Source: Clostridia bacterium
GTDB lineage: Bacteria > Bacillota > Clostridia > RGIG7378
Assembly: GCA_045588325.1 (NCBI GenBank)
Contig: JAZNEA010000104.1
Span: 1,560 to 65,559, forward strand
Length of the DNA: 64,000 nt
Reading direction: 5' to 3'
Below the pieces are notes generated by a model. The model was not told where the DNA came from and searched no databases. It saw nothing but the letters and a program-made list of their open reading frames with translations. The position numbers and the translations under genes were made by a program. Of this stretch, positions 40,899 to 51,976 are shown in pieces. How positions within the stretch are numbered: position 1 is the stretch's first letter; every line of letters starts with the position of its first letter.

Positions 40899-42769
40899 AA
40901 TATTCTCCGGAACATTTTTTCCACGTCTGTTGTAGAAAGCTTTATTGCTGTAGGTCTGCCGTGGGGACAGTTAAATGGATTGTCCAAGGCCTTAAGGTCC
41001 TCTACCAGCTGGTCTATTTGGGGCTTTTGCAGTCGTTGATTGGCCTTAACTGCTCCTGTGCAAGCGATTTTGTACAGGAATGACTCTGCCCTGATCTCTA
41101 CCTTTTGTCCATTCATCAGGCTGTCCAACATATAGACGAAGGTTTCTGCAAAGCCCTCCGGATCGGCATTAACGGGAATGGCCCTGATAACTACGGTGTT
41201 TTTTCCAAAATCCTCGAACTCCACACCCAGCGCCTCAAAGTCCCGAGTGTATGCAAATACTGAGGAGTATTCTGTGGTGGTCAAAGGTACCGTAATCGGG
41301 AACAACATTTGCTGCTGGGCAATTTCTCCACGATGATACTCTGCCAACAATCTCTCGAACCTGATGCGCTCATGGGCGGCATGCTGGTCGATCAGTATGG
41401 CATCTGTGCCTCGCTGGAACATGAGATAAGTGTTCCAAAGAGTGCCCACATACTCCATGCCATCGAACTCCCTGTTGCCCTTAGGCTGCTGTGGTTCATG
41501 CTGGCGAGGTGCCACCACAGGCTGCTCCACAGGCTCTGCCTGAGTCACAACATATGATTTTGGCTGATAAATATGCTCAATTACAGTCGTTTTTGTCTCC
41601 TTATCTAAAACTGTAGGAGAAACGACGGTTTCTGCTGGTTTTCCCTCTATCTTTGACACATATGGCGTTACAGGCTCCTGCACCTGTATTTCTGCCAGGA
41701 TCTGTTGCACCTCTGGGTCTGGCTCCGGCACATATTGGGATGTCTTTCTGGCACTAAGCAGCGCCTCCGGAATAGAGTTTCCCTCTTCAAGTGCATTGGC
41801 TACTGCGTGTCTCAGCGCATCTGCCACCTTGTTCTCCTCAGCAAAGCGAACCTCCGTCTTCTGTGGGTGTACATTCACATCCACCGCCCATGGAGATACT
41901 CGAATATTAAGACACGCAAACGGGTACTGTTTTTTCATCAGTCGGTTGCCGTATCCCATTTCCAGTGCCATAGTCATCGTCTTGGAACGGAAGAGCCTGC
42001 CATTGCAATACAGTATCTCGTTGGCCCTGTTGCCTCGGGCTATGGCTGGTATGCCAATAAATCCATCAATAGACACAGCGTTCTCACTGTGCGATACGGG
42101 AACCAGGTGCTCTGCTATGGCACCGCCAAACACGCTGTAGATGGCCTCCCTAAGGTCGCCATTGCCGGTGGTTGCGAACTCCTTGTCTCCTCCGCTATAC
42201 AGTGACACAGCCACCTCTGGATGTGCCAAAGCCAGGCGGCTCAACATTTCTGCAATCGCTGCCCCTTCATATGTGTCTTTTTTGAGGAATTTGTACCTTG
42301 CCGGTGTATTAAAAAACAGATCTTTAACTGTGATTGTGGTTCCAGTCGGTGCTCCATGGGAACAGAGGTTCATTACATCGCCTCCGCTGATGTTTATCCT
42401 GGTGCCACTGTCGGCCTCTGCCGTCTTGGTTATCATCTCCAGGTTAGAAACAGCAGAAATGCTGGCCAGGGCCTCGCCTCGGAATCCATTGGTGCTAATA
42501 CCATTCTCCAAATCCTGAGCAGTTCTGAGTTTGGACGTTGCATGGCGCTCAAAGGCCATTGCCACATCCTCTGCAGCAATTCCGCAGCCATTGTCAGATA
42601 CCCTTATATACTTGATGCCTCCGCCACGGATATCCACCCTGACTGAGGTAGCCCCGGCATCGATGGAGTTCTCCACCAATTCCTTGACAACAGAGGCAGG
42701 TCTCTCTACCACCTCTCCCGCTGCTATCTGATTAGCCGTCAACTCATCCAGAATAATAATCTTGGCCAT
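40895..42769 (-). CDS. mutL: DNA mismatch repair protein MutL
   Basis: GHKL ATPase N-terminus: IAAGEVVERPASVVKELVENSIDAG. Confidence 0.95.
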   Translation of the reverse strand: MAKIIILDELTANQIAAGEVVERPASVVKELVENSIDAGATSVRVDIRGGGIKYIRVSDNGCGIAAEDVAMAFERHATSKLRTAQDLENGISTNGFRGEALASISAVSNLEMITKTAEADSGTRINISGGDVMNLCSHGAPTGTTITVKDLFFNTPARYKFLKKDTYEGAAIAEMLSRLALAHPEVAVSLYSGGDKEFATTGNGDLREAIYSVFGGAIAEHLVPVSHSENAVSIDGFIGIPAIARGNRANEILYCNGRLFRSKTMTMALEMGYGNRLMKKQYPFACLNIRVSPWAVDVNVHPQKTEVRFAEENKVADALRHAVANALEEGNSIPEALLSARKTSQYVPEPDPEVQQILAEIQVQEPVTPYVSKIEGKPAETVVSPTVLDKETKTTVIEHIYQPKSYVVTQAEPVEQPVVAPRQHEPQQPKGNREFDGMEYVGTLWNTYLMFQRGTDAILIDQHAAHERIRFERLLAEYHRGEIAQQQMLFPITVPLTTTEYSSVFAYTRDFEALGVEFEDFGKNTVVIRAIPVNADPEGFAETFVYMLDSLMNGQKVEIRAESFLYKIACTGAVKANQRLQKPQIDQLVEDLKALDNPFNCPHGRPTAIKLSTTDVEKMFRRIL

Positions 42770-42770
42770 A

Positions 42771-45365
42771 TTAACCCCTCTTTATCTTCTGTTGCATCTG
42801 GTACAGCACGTTAAGTGCCTCCAGGGGACTTAATTTGTCAATCTCTACAGCCCTGAGCATGTCCAATACCGCCTCCGTCTCTGCAGGGAAGTTGGAGTAA
42901 GACAGCAGGTCAAACTGTCCCTCTATCTGGCGCTTAGTCTTGGGCTTGTGCACAATGTTGGCCTTTTCCAGCTGAGTCAGAAGCTCCTCTGCCCTGTCTG
43001 TAACCGCATCGGAAATACCTGCCAATCTGGCAACCTCAATACCGTAGCTGCCATCTGCCCCGCCTCTCTTAATCTTGTGCAGGAAAACTATGGATTTGCC
43101 ACGGCCCTGGGCAGAAATCGAGTAGTTCTTAACGCCATCAATCTTGCCCTCCAGCTCTGTAAGCTCATGATAATGGGTGGCAAACAACATTCTGGCGCCA
43201 ATTTTGTGACATATATGCTCCGTCACAGCCCACGCAATAGACAGGCCGTCGTAGGTGGATGTGCCTCGTCCTATTTCATCCAAAATAACCAGGCTGCGCT
43301 CAGTGGCGTTGTCTATTATGTTGGCCACCTCATTCATCTCTACCATGAACGTACTCTGTCCACCGGCCAAGTCATCAGAAGCACCAACTCTGGTGAAGAT
43401 CCTGTCTGCAACGCCAATATGAGCGCTGGCTGCCGGCACAAAGGAGCCCGTCTGGGCCATGAGCACGATTATGGCTGTCTGTCGCATGAATGTGGACTTA
43501 CCTGACATATTGGGGCCTGTAATTATCATGGCCCTGTTGTCCTCTGTGTCCAGGTATGTATCGTTGGGGATAAAGGAGCCGCTGTCCAGCATCTTCTCCA
43601 CAACAGGGTGTCTGCCGTCCTTAACATCTATGATATTGCTGTTATCTACAACAGGACGAACATATCCTCCCTCGGCTGCAGCCTCTGCCATGGAACAAAC
43701 TGCGTCCAATGTGGCCATTGCGTTGGCTGTGGCCTTAAGGGTCACGATCCTGGCTAAAAGGGCCTCCTTAACCTCTGTAAAGAGCCTGTATTCCAGGTCC
43801 ACAAGTTTGCTCTCGGCGCCCAACAAATCCTCCTCGATTCGCTTAAGGTCCTCGGTAATATACCTCTCCGCATTGGCTAGCGTCTGCTTGCGAATGTACT
43901 CCTGTGGAACCAAATCGTAGAAGGACTTGGTTACCTCGATGTAGTAACCAAATACGCGGTTATATCCTATTTTGAGGTTCTTAATGCCTGTGCGGTCACG
44001 CTCCTTGGCCTCCTCAGCTGCCAGCCATTCTCTGCCATGGTCCCTGATATCCCTCAGGCGATCCACCTCTCCGTTGTATCCGCTCTTTATAACATTGCCC
44101 TCTCTGGTGGTGACCGGTGGAAAATCGTCTATAGCTCTGTCTATAAGGTCAAAGATATCGGGCATTTCGTCCAAAGACTCCCTGACATCCCTTAACATTT
44201 CGCCGGGCAACCTGGCCAAAATCGCCTTAATGTCCGGAACTACTCGCAGAGAGTTCTTAACAGAAATCAGGTCCCTGCCATTTACATTGCCCAGAATGAG
44301 CTTGCCCGCCAGCCTCTCAACGTCGTATGTGACCTTGAGCAGCTGACGAATCTGGTCTCTCTTGACCAAATCATCCTTAAGGGCCTCTACTGCATCTAAT
44401 CTGTAGTTGATGTCCTCAACGCTAAGCATGGGCTGCTCCAGCCATCCGCGCAGCATGCGAGCTCCGGGAGATGTGACTGTGCGATCCAATACCCATACTA
44501 ATGTGGCCTTGCGGTTTTTGTCCCTGATGTTCTCCGAAATCTCCAGATTGCGGCGTGAAGAGGGATCCAGCACCATGAAGGCCTCTATCTTGTATTTTTG
44601 AATCTGATTGATGTGCGTCAATTGACAGCGCTGTGTCTCGTCCAGATAGCTGAGAAGTGCCCCGGCTGCAGTCATCTCCAACTCGTTCATCTGGGAAGCG
44701 GCCTGAGATCCAAACTGCTCCACTGCCCTGGCCTTGGCCTGGCGAGGCTCAAACTCCCTGTCCGTAAGAACTGTGGTATAAATATTCTGAGATGCGATGG
44801 TCCTGGCAATGGGACCCTCCTGTCCCGTGGCAGCACTACACAAAAGCTCTGCCGGCTTAATCCTGGCCAGCTCATCTGCCACCTTAGAGCAGGTGTCACC
44901 GTATGTGGCAGAGGTCACCTTAAACTCTCCTGTAGAAACCTCTGCAACGGCAATGCCGTGCAGCATTCCTGCGGAGTAAACGCAGGTAATATAGTTGCTA
45001 AGGTTCTGCTCCAACATAGACTGCTCGCTAAGAGTACCGGGAGTCAACACACGAACAACCTCGCGCCTGACAAGGCCCTTGGCCTCAGCCGGGTTCTCTG
45101 TCTGCTCCACGATCACAACCTTGTGACCCTTTTCCAGCAGTTTTGCGGCATATCCGTCGATGGCATGGAAAGGTACTCCACACATGGGAGCTCGCTCCGG
45201 CAATCCACAATCTCTGCCTGTCAGAGTTATTTCTAAGTCCCTGGAGGCAACCTTGGCATCCTCAAAGAATGTCTCGTAAAAATCTCCCAGGCGGAACAAG
45301 ACAATACAGTCCTTGTACTGCTCCTTGATATCTATATACTGTTGCATCATGGGAGATAATGCCAT
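42771..45365 (-). CDS. mutS: DNA mismatch repair protein MutS
   Basis: N-terminal mismatch-binding TPMMQQY…GDFYE and Walker A GPNMSGKST. Confidence 0.95.
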   Translation of the reverse strand: MALSPMMQQYIDIKEQYKDCIVLFRLGDFYETFFEDAKVASRDLEITLTGRDCGLPERAPMCGVPFHAIDGYAAKLLEKGHKVVIVEQTENPAEAKGLVRREVVRVLTPGTLSEQSMLEQNLSNYITCVYSAGMLHGIAVAEVSTGEFKVTSATYGDTCSKVADELARIKPAELLCSAATGQEGPIARTIASQNIYTTVLTDREFEPRQAKARAVEQFGSQAASQMNELEMTAAGALLSYLDETQRCQLTHINQIQKYKIEAFMVLDPSSRRNLEISENIRDKNRKATLVWVLDRTVTSPGARMLRGWLEQPMLSVEDINYRLDAVEALKDDLVKRDQIRQLLKVTYDVERLAGKLILGNVNGRDLISVKNSLRVVPDIKAILARLPGEMLRDVRESLDEMPDIFDLIDRAIDDFPPVTTREGNVIKSGYNGEVDRLRDIRDHGREWLAAEEAKERDRTGIKNLKIGYNRVFGYYIEVTKSFYDLVPQEYIRKQTLANAERYITEDLKRIEEDLLGAESKLVDLEYRLFTEVKEALLARIVTLKATANAMATLDAVCSMAEAAAEGGYVRPVVDNSNIIDVKDGRHPVVEKMLDSGSFIPNDTYLDTEDNRAMIITGPNMSGKSTFMRQTAIIVLMAQTGSFVPAASAHIGVADRIFTRVGASDDLAGGQSTFMVEMNEVANIIDNATERSLVILDEIGRGTSTYDGLSIAWAVTEHICHKIGARMLFATHYHELTELEGKIDGVKNYSISAQGRGKSIVFLHKIKRGGADGSYGIEVARLAGISDAVTDRAEELLTQLEKANIVHKPKTKRQIEGQFDLLSYSNFPAETEAVLDMLRAVEIDKLSPLEALNVLYQMQQKIKRG

Positions 45366-46793
45366 TTAGTCCTCCGTAATTACTGTACCCTCCAGGTACC
45401 ATGTCTTTGCTGTATCTATTTTAACACTTAATATATCGCCAGGCACGCAATCCCTGTGAGAGTACAGGACTATCTTGTTGCCTTCTGTGCGTCCGGTCAT
45501 CATATCCGGGTTGCTCTGACTGGGGCCCTCATGCATGACCTGCAAAACCGTGCCCTCCTGAGCCTTGGATGAGCGGTATGAGCTATCAGTTATGATCCTC
45601 TGCATCTCCTCAAATCTACGGTGCACCACATCCTCCGGCACCTGATCCTCTCTCTTGGCTGCAGGTGTGCCAGTCCTCCTGGAATAAATGAAGATGTACG
45701 CCATATCAAAGGCACACTCCTCGATAAACGCCATGGACTCCTGGTGCTGTTCGTCCGTCTCTCCCGGGAAACCTGTGATAAGGTCTGTGGAAACTGTGAC
45801 GCCTGGGATCCTGTCCCTGATCTTGGTCAGCAGTGCTCTGTATTGCTCTGCTGTGTATCTGCGGTTCATCTGTCTCAAAATCTCTGTGGACCCAGACTGC
45901 AAAGGCAGGTGAATCTGCTTGCACATCTTAGGCTCTGTGGCAACCGCATCGATTATTTCGTCTGACAAATCCTTAGGGTGAGAGGTCATAAATCTGACTC
46001 TCTTGATGCCAGGCACCTGACAAACCATATGTAGCAACTCCGCAAAGGCCTGTCCACCTGGCAGTCCGCGCTCAGAACCATAGGAATTAACATTCTGTCC
46101 CAGCAAAGTTATCTCCTGCACTCCTGCCTGGGCCAGGCTGTTTACCTCTGACATAATGTCCTCTACAGACCTGGATCTCTCCCTGCCTCTCACATAGGGG
46201 ACTATGCAATACGAGCAGAAATTGTTGCAACCATACATAATGGTAACCCACGCCTTGATGCTGCCGTGGGACTCCTTAGGCGTGCCCTCTGCAATGCGCT
46301 CCGTGCCATCCAGGTCAATGGCTCTGCCGCCCTGCTGGATCACCTGGCAAATCATGTCCGGCAAATTATTGATATTGCCCGTGCCTGCGATTATGTCTAC
46401 ATGGCGATAGCTCCGCCTCAGTTCCTCCACAACAGTTGGCTGCTGTGTCATACACCCCATAATACCTATAATCAGGTGAGGTTTCTTTCTCTTAAGGCCC
46501 TTGAGCACTCCAACATGGCCGTACACCTTTTGCTCTGCATTCTCTCTGACGCAGCAGGTGTTGTAGATGATGACATCTGCCTCCTCCTGGGTGCCTACCT
46601 CCTCCATGCCGCTATCCAGCAGTACGCCCAGGATTTTCTCTCCCTCCTCCTCGCTCATCTGACATCCAAATGTCTGGACATATGCCCTGCGAGGATGGCC
46701 GTGCTCCATGGCGAACTGGCGGTTATACTCCTGCAATCTGTCGATAGCGCCCTGATGGCTGCTGTATTTGTCTACTGGGTATTTGTTGTTCAT
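45366..46793 (-). CDS. miaB: tRNA-2-methylthio-N6-dimethylallyladenosine synthase MiaB (radical SAM methylthiotransferase)
   Basis: N-terminal MTTase Cys triad (TFGCQMSEEE…) and radical SAM CxxxCxxC (CNNFCSYC). Confidence 0.9.
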   Translation of the reverse strand: MNNKYPVDKYSSHQGAIDRLQEYNRQFAMEHGHPRRAYVQTFGCQMSEEEGEKILGVLLDSGMEEVGTQEEADVIIYNTCCVRENAEQKVYGHVGVLKGLKRKKPHLIIGIMGCMTQQPTVVEELRRSYRHVDIIAGTGNINNLPDMICQVIQQGGRAIDLDGTERIAEGTPKESHGSIKAWVTIMYGCNNFCSYCIVPYVRGRERSRSVEDIMSEVNSLAQAGVQEITLLGQNVNSYGSERGLPGGQAFAELLHMVCQVPGIKRVRFMTSHPKDLSDEIIDAVATEPKMCKQIHLPLQSGSTEILRQMNRRYTAEQYRALLTKIRDRIPGVTVSTDLITGFPGETDEQHQESMAFIEECAFDMAYIFIYSRRTGTPAAKREDQVPEDVVHRRFEEMQRIITDSSYRSSKAQEGTVLQVMHEGPSQSNPDMMTGRTEGNKIVLYSHRDCVPGDILSVKIDTAKTWYLEGTVITED

Positions 46794-46862
46794 GTTCTTA
46801 TCAAATCAAAACTCGGATTGGTTGCCCTCTCCGAGTCTTAAGTCTCCGTCTATCTTTGTGAG

Positions 46863-47408
46863 TTATTCCTCGGCGGAAATCGACTTACGGTTGGCCTCAA
46901 GCACATCCCTCATCTCGCCAAGGTTGTGGTCAACAGGCACCAGCGCCTTGTCCAGTGACTCCTGAAATGCAACCACAGTTGTATTGTATGCATTGTTGAT
47001 GACCGACATAGTCTCTGCCACTGCCTTTTGCAAATCAGTGAGAATAGAATCGGCATACTGTCTGGATGCCTCTCTCATCTGTCTGTCATACTCATCGGCC
47101 TTGTCACAGATATCATCTGCCATGCGACGTGCGTCATTGGTTATCTGGTGCTCGTCCAGCAGATACTCTCTGCGCTTGTCCGCATCGGCCAGGATCTTCT
47201 CTGCATCTGCTCTTGCATTACCAATAATCTCATCTCTCTTGTTGATAATGCGGTTGGCCTCCTTAATCTCGTCGGGGAGGTGAAGACGCATCTCATTGAG
47301 GATCTCGATAACCTGATCCTTGTCTATCATGCAGCGTCCTGTAAGTGGAACTGCCTTTGCCTCATCTATAATCTTGTCCAGCTGATCAATGAGAATTCTG
47401 AAATTCAT
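46863..47408 (-). CDS. Hypothetical coiled-coil protein (181 aa)
   Basis: Charged heptad-rich sequence; no catalytic motifs recognised. Confidence 0.45.
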   Translation of the reverse strand: MNFRILIDQLDKIIDEAKAVPLTGRCMIDKDQVIEILNEMRLHLPDEIKEANRIINKRDEIIGNARADAEKILADADKRREYLLDEHQITNDARRMADDICDKADEYDRQMREASRQYADSILTDLQKAVAETMSVINNAYNTTVVAFQESLDKALVPVDHNLGEMRDVLEANRKSISAEE

Positions 47409-47467
47409 ATGACCCCCTATAGAATATTAGTATGCTTACTTAGAAACAAGTATAGCATACAGGTTTT

Positions 47468-47956
47468 TTAATTGCAATTTGCGGCGAACTTCTCTGCCAC
47501 TAAATCCTTGATCTCCTCAGGCACAAATCCAGTGAGATCAGCCTTATGTTTTGCCAGGTCTCTTACCATGCTGGAGCTAAGGTACAGGTGGTTCTGATTA
47601 GCCAACAGGAATATGGTGTCCAGCTCGGGATTGATGCTCTTGTTAAGGAATGCAATCTGTAGTTCGTAGTCAAAATCTGACACAGCCCTGAGACCTCTCA
47701 CCAATGTTTTGCTACCAGTAATCCTCATGTACTCTGCTGTAAGGCCACTAAACGCCTCTATGGACACATTATCCATATTAGCCGTTGCCAGTTCCAGCAT
47801 ATGAACCCTCTCCTCTACGGAGAAAACAGAATTCTTGGCGTTGTTGTCCAATACCGCCACCACCAGCTTATCACACAGGGAGCTGGCCCTCCTGATAATG
47901 TCCATATGTCCCTCTGTAACAGGATCAAATGTTCCGGGATATACAAATGTGTTCAT
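47468..47956 (-). CDS. coaD: Phosphopantetheine adenylyltransferase
   Basis: YPGTFDPVTEGHMDII nucleotidyltransferase motif. Confidence 0.9.
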   Translation of the reverse strand: MNTFVYPGTFDPVTEGHMDIIRRASSLCDKLVVAVLDNNAKNSVFSVEERVHMLELATANMDNVSIEAFSGLTAEYMRITGSKTLVRGLRAVSDFDYELQIAFLNKSINPELDTIFLLANQNHLYLSSSMVRDLAKHKADLTGFVPEEIKDLVAEKFAANCN

Positions 47957-48531
47957 TGCTCTGTCTCCTTCCTGAAAAAGGTCAAATGGCTGACTCCGTA
48001 CCTCTTGGTTCGGTATGCCCTGAGGCTGCCAAACTCCTGAGGTATGGGATAACTATGTTCGACTATTATAATGCAGTTCTTTGCCACAAGGCAAGAATCC
48101 GACAAAAACGACAGTGTGTCACTGTACATATGGTTAGCCACCTTGGACTCTCCCTCTGCGTATGGAGGATCCATAAATACAAAGTCATAGCTCTGTCCCA
48201 TGGTGTCCAACTCCCTGAGTGCCCTGCCAACGTCGTATCCCATAACCCTGGCCCTGTCTTCAAAGCCACAGGTCCTGATGTTGCCTTGCAGAATGCCACA
48301 GGTGCGCCTGTCCTTTTCTACAAATGTGGCATGGACAGCACCCCTGCTGATTGCCTCTATGCCGACAGCACCGCTGCCCGAAAACAGGTCCAGAAACCTT
48401 GACCCTGCAATGTCAAAGCCAAGCATACTAAACAGAGCCTCTCTGGTCTGGTCTGTTGTAGGTCTGGTAGCGTTCCCCTCGGGTGTATTAATTTTGCGTC
48501 CACCGGCAGTGCCGGAAATAATTCTGATCAT
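47953..48531 (-). CDS. rsmD: 16S rRNA (guanine966-N2)-methyltransferase RsmD
   Basis: SAM-binding LDLFSGSGAVGIEAISRG and DPPY motif; overlaps coaD by 4 bp. Confidence 0.85.
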   Translation of the reverse strand: MIRIISGTAGGRKINTPEGNATRPTTDQTREALFSMLGFDIAGSRFLDLFSGSGAVGIEAISRGAVHATFVEKDRRTCGILQGNIRTCGFEDRARVMGYDVGRALRELDTMGQSYDFVFMDPPYAEGESKVANHMYSDTLSFLSDSCLVAKNCIIIVEHSYPIPQEFGSLRAYRTKRYGVSHLTFFRKETEQ

Positions 48532-48534
48532 ATG

Positions 48535-50616
48535 TCATCCTATATAGTAATTGTTTTGTTGCATCTGCAAAACTTCCATCTCTAGTCTGCGGGAGAATCT
48601 GGCCTGCTCCTCCTCAGTCATTGCGGAGTTCATGTCCTCGATGTCCTGAGAAATCCCTGCTAACAGGGAGGAATTCTTAAAGAAGGCGCTCATCTTCATG
48701 GGGGGCAATCCATGTTGGCCTGTTCCAAAGAAGTTGCCGGGGCCTCTGAGTTCCAGATCCTTCTCTGCAATGTAAAAACCGTCGTTTGACGACTTAAAAA
48801 TCTTAAGACGCTGTTGTACATCCTCTCTGCCAGTACGATCCACTACAATACAGTTGGCCTCTGTGTTGCCTCGGCCCACTCTGCCCCTCAACTGATGCAG
48901 CTGGGATAATCCGAACCTCTCTCCATTTTGGATTATCATGAGATTTGCCTCCGGCACGTTAACTCCAACCTCGATTACCGTTGTGGATACCATAACGTTG
49001 GCCTGCCCTGTGCGGAATGCCTCCATGGCTGCTTCCTTGTCTGCCCTCTTCATCTTACCATGAATGAGCACTGGTCTTATCCAAGACTTAGTTGCAGTCA
49101 TGGCGCTGACCTCCCGGAACATCTCCTCCGCAGAAATCAACTCTCCCGGTGCGCCAAATTCGCCATTGCCGGGGTCACTCTCCTCTACAAGGGGGCACAC
49201 GATATAAGTCCTGCCTCCCTGAGCAGTGGTCTTGGACACAAACTCCATAATCCTGGCATCGTAGGAGGGGTTAACCACAAATGTCTTAACTGGCTGTCTG
49301 CCTGCTGGCAACTGATTTACCACCGAAATATCTGTATCCCCGTACATGGTCAGAGACAGTGTCCTGGGAATCGGGGTGGCCGACATTATGATCACGTCAG
49401 GGCGAAGTGCCTTTGACTGCAAAACCTTACGCTGCTCCACTCCAAACCTGTGTTGCTCGTCTGTTATAACCAGGCCCACATTGGAGTATTCCATATTGTC
49501 CACCAACAGAGCGTGGGTGCCAAATGCCACCAGGTTGTGGCAATCCTTGGCCATCTCCATGGCCTCTCTGCGTTGGCTTGCCCTCATGCCTCCTGTGACC
49601 AATACGCTGGGCACCTCCGGCAGCATCCTGCGAAAGTCACTGAATAATTGCTCCGCCAATACCTCTGTCGGCGCCATCATCAACCCCTGGTATCCGGAGC
49701 GGGATGCCTTTGCCAGAGCCAAAAAGGCCAGTATAGACTTGCCGCATCCCACATCGCCCTGCACCAGGCGATTCATGGGAGAAAGGCTCTCCATATCCCT
49801 GCTGATCTCAGTCCAGGCGTCCATCTGAGCCTCGGTGAGCTGATACGGCAAACCGTCGATCACATCCTGCACCTGGGCGGCCCTGGGCTCCTTAGATCCA
49901 GCGGTGGTAGCCCTCATCCTGCGGGAGTAGCGATCCAACAGCACCTTGATAACCAATATTTCCTCGTACAGCAGACGCCTCTTGGCCTCCTCCAGGGCAT
50001 CAAAATCCTGAGGAAAATGCAACCCCATCAAACTCTGGTATAAGCTCTGGAAACCATGCTTTTGGAGGATGTACCGAGGTAAATACTCTGGCAGATCCCT
50101 GAGCATCTCACATGCAGTGGCCACGGCCTTGCGGTATCCTGCCGAGCCTACCTTGCCCTCATTTCTGTACACAGGGATTATAACCTTGTACTGTTTGTCG
50201 GCCTTGTATTTTTCAAAAGATGGGTTAACCAGCGAGATTTGCCCCTTTCTCTGAGGGTAGCCGTAAAAGACGTATATATCTCCCGGTTTAATGGTACGCT
50301 GCAAGTACAGCGCATTGAAGAATGTCAGCCTGGCTGTGTCTGTGCCATCGCTGACGCTAAAGGTGCACCAACTGCGATTATAATTGCGCTGGACAGTAAC
50401 TCGTGACACGACCCTGGCCACGAAACCCTGTAGCGTGCCATCTGCCGTAAGCTTGTCTATGGAGCGGATATCCCTACGATCCTCATACCTGAGAGGATAG
50501 TTGAAAACCAGGTCATACAAAGTGCGGATGCCCATTTTGTTGAGCTCCTCTGCACGTTTTTCTCCTATGCCTTTGATGGCTGTGATGTTGCTGGTAAATA
50601 ATTCAAGGCTATCCAT
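48535..50616 (-). CDS. recG: ATP-dependent DNA helicase RecG
   Basis: Wedge domain plus SF2 helicase motifs (GDVGCGKS, DEQHRFG). Confidence 0.95.
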   Translation of the reverse strand: MDSLELFTSNITAIKGIGEKRAEELNKMGIRTLYDLVFNYPLRYEDRRDIRSIDKLTADGTLQGFVARVVSRVTVQRNYNRSWCTFSVSDGTDTARLTFFNALYLQRTIKPGDIYVFYGYPQRKGQISLVNPSFEKYKADKQYKVIIPVYRNEGKVGSAGYRKAVATACEMLRDLPEYLPRYILQKHGFQSLYQSLMGLHFPQDFDALEEAKRRLLYEEILVIKVLLDRYSRRMRATTAGSKEPRAAQVQDVIDGLPYQLTEAQMDAWTEISRDMESLSPMNRLVQGDVGCGKSILAFLALAKASRSGYQGLMMAPTEVLAEQLFSDFRRMLPEVPSVLVTGGMRASQRREAMEMAKDCHNLVAFGTHALLVDNMEYSNVGLVITDEQHRFGVEQRKVLQSKALRPDVIIMSATPIPRTLSLTMYGDTDISVVNQLPAGRQPVKTFVVNPSYDARIMEFVSKTTAQGGRTYIVCPLVEESDPGNGEFGAPGELISAEEMFREVSAMTATKSWIRPVLIHGKMKRADKEAAMEAFRTGQANVMVSTTVIEVGVNVPEANLMIIQNGERFGLSQLHQLRGRVGRGNTEANCIVVDRTGREDVQQRLKIFKSSNDGFYIAEKDLELRGPGNFFGTGQHGLPPMKMSAFFKNSSLLAGISQDIEDMNSAMTEEEQARFSRRLEMEVLQMQQNNYYIG

Positions 50617-50651
50617 GACCTAAGTATAGTCTAAAAAGGCAATTTTTGCAC

Positions 50652-51881
50652 CTAGGATGCAGGTTTGTACTCTTTTAATGTGACATCCAGAATCATTGTT
50701 GTGTTATCTCTGATAACCTTTATGGCAACCACATCTCCTGGCTTATAGTTCAATATCAGGTCTGTGACGTCGCTGCTGGTCTTAATCTCCTCATTATCAA
50801 TGGAAACTATGTAGTCTCCTACCTTTAACTCTGCGTCTGACATGGCGGACTGTACGTAAACGCCATACCTGCTGACCTGGTGGCTAATGGCTGAAAAATA
50901 GTCGTTAATATCGATCAGATCCACATCCAGGGTTGCCCTGCCTGACACGTATCCCTGCTCCATAAGCTCATTGGCCACCTTAACTGCGTAGTCGATGGGG
51001 ATTGCAAAGCCTATTCCCTCAATATCTGTGTCGGAGGCCTTGGCATTTACGATACCGATGAGCTGACCATAGCTATTAAAGAGTCCACCTCCGGAGTTGC
51101 CTGGGTTGATCTCCGCATTGGTCTGCATCAACGTCATGTTTATGCCGTTTACCTTAATCTCTCTGCTAAGGGCACTGACAATACCATCCGTCACTGTGCT
51201 GCCAAGTCCCATGGGGTTGCCAATAACTACTGCGATCTCGCCCAGGCAAACGTCCGCTGTCTTGCCCACTTTTGCTACAGTGAGGGTGAGACTGCCTGGA
51301 TTAATCCTGAGCACAGCAACATCTGCGGCCTCGTCTGAGGCGACCAAGGTTGCATTAAATGTAGTGCCGTCTGCCAGGGTAACCTTGATAGAGTCTGCCC
51401 CGTCAATTACGTGGTGATTGGTAATAATCACACCATCAGCTCCAACTATAACACCGCTGCCTGCGCCGCTCTTAACATAGGACTGGTTCCAGTTGCCGGT
51501 GACAGTGGCCTCTGTGTGCACCATTACGACGCTGTTGACGCAATTTGCAGCCACCTCAGCAACCGTCATCTGTCCCTGACCACCTGAATTATCGCCAGGC
51601 GTAGGAGCTGCTGTGGGCTTGTCCGTCTGTGTTATGGGGGCTGGGGTAGCTGTGGGGGTAGCAACAGGCGGCTCAGAAGTTGCCTGCTGATGTCCATGAT
51701 CCTGTGTGCCGAGCATGGCTCCAAAATATCCTGCGCCAAGGCAAAGTCCTACCATAAGCACAGCTCCCAAAACAATGCCCAGAATCTTAACTCCCTTATT
51801 GCCCTTAGGCTTGTTGTCTATGGGCTGTGGTACTCCTGAATATGTTCCGTTTGGATTAAAATTATACTCTACGTTAATCAT
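50652..51881 (-). CDS. htrA: HtrA/DegP-family serine protease with PDZ domain, membrane-anchored
   Basis: Catalytic triad context (TNHHV, D, GNSGGGL). Pro/Thr-rich linker and C-terminal PDZ. Start MINVEYNF with GGGAGA RBS; the ORF track starts 17 codons earlier. Confidence 0.85.
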   Translation of the reverse strand: MINVEYNFNPNGTYSGVPQPIDNKPKGNKGVKILGIVLGAVLMVGLCLGAGYFGAMLGTQDHGHQQATSEPPVATPTATPAPITQTDKPTAAPTPGDNSGGQGQMTVAEVAANCVNSVVMVHTEATVTGNWNQSYVKSGAGSGVIVGADGVIITNHHVIDGADSIKVTLADGTTFNATLVASDEAADVAVLRINPGSLTLTVAKVGKTADVCLGEIAVVIGNPMGLGSTVTDGIVSALSREIKVNGINMTLMQTNAEINPGNSGGGLFNSYGQLIGIVNAKASDTDIEGIGFAIPIDYAVKVANELMEQGYVSGRATLDVDLIDINDYFSAISHQVSRYGVYVQSAMSDAELKVGDYIVSIDNEEIKTSSDVTDLILNYKPGDVVAIKVIRDNTTMILDVTLKEYKPAS

Positions 51882-51976
51882 AAATCTTCTCCCAGTGTCA
51901 TTGCACTTAGTGTACACGAGCTTTGTTAACAATAGCAGAACACTATGTAAACATCAGAATGCGTAAATATAAACTG

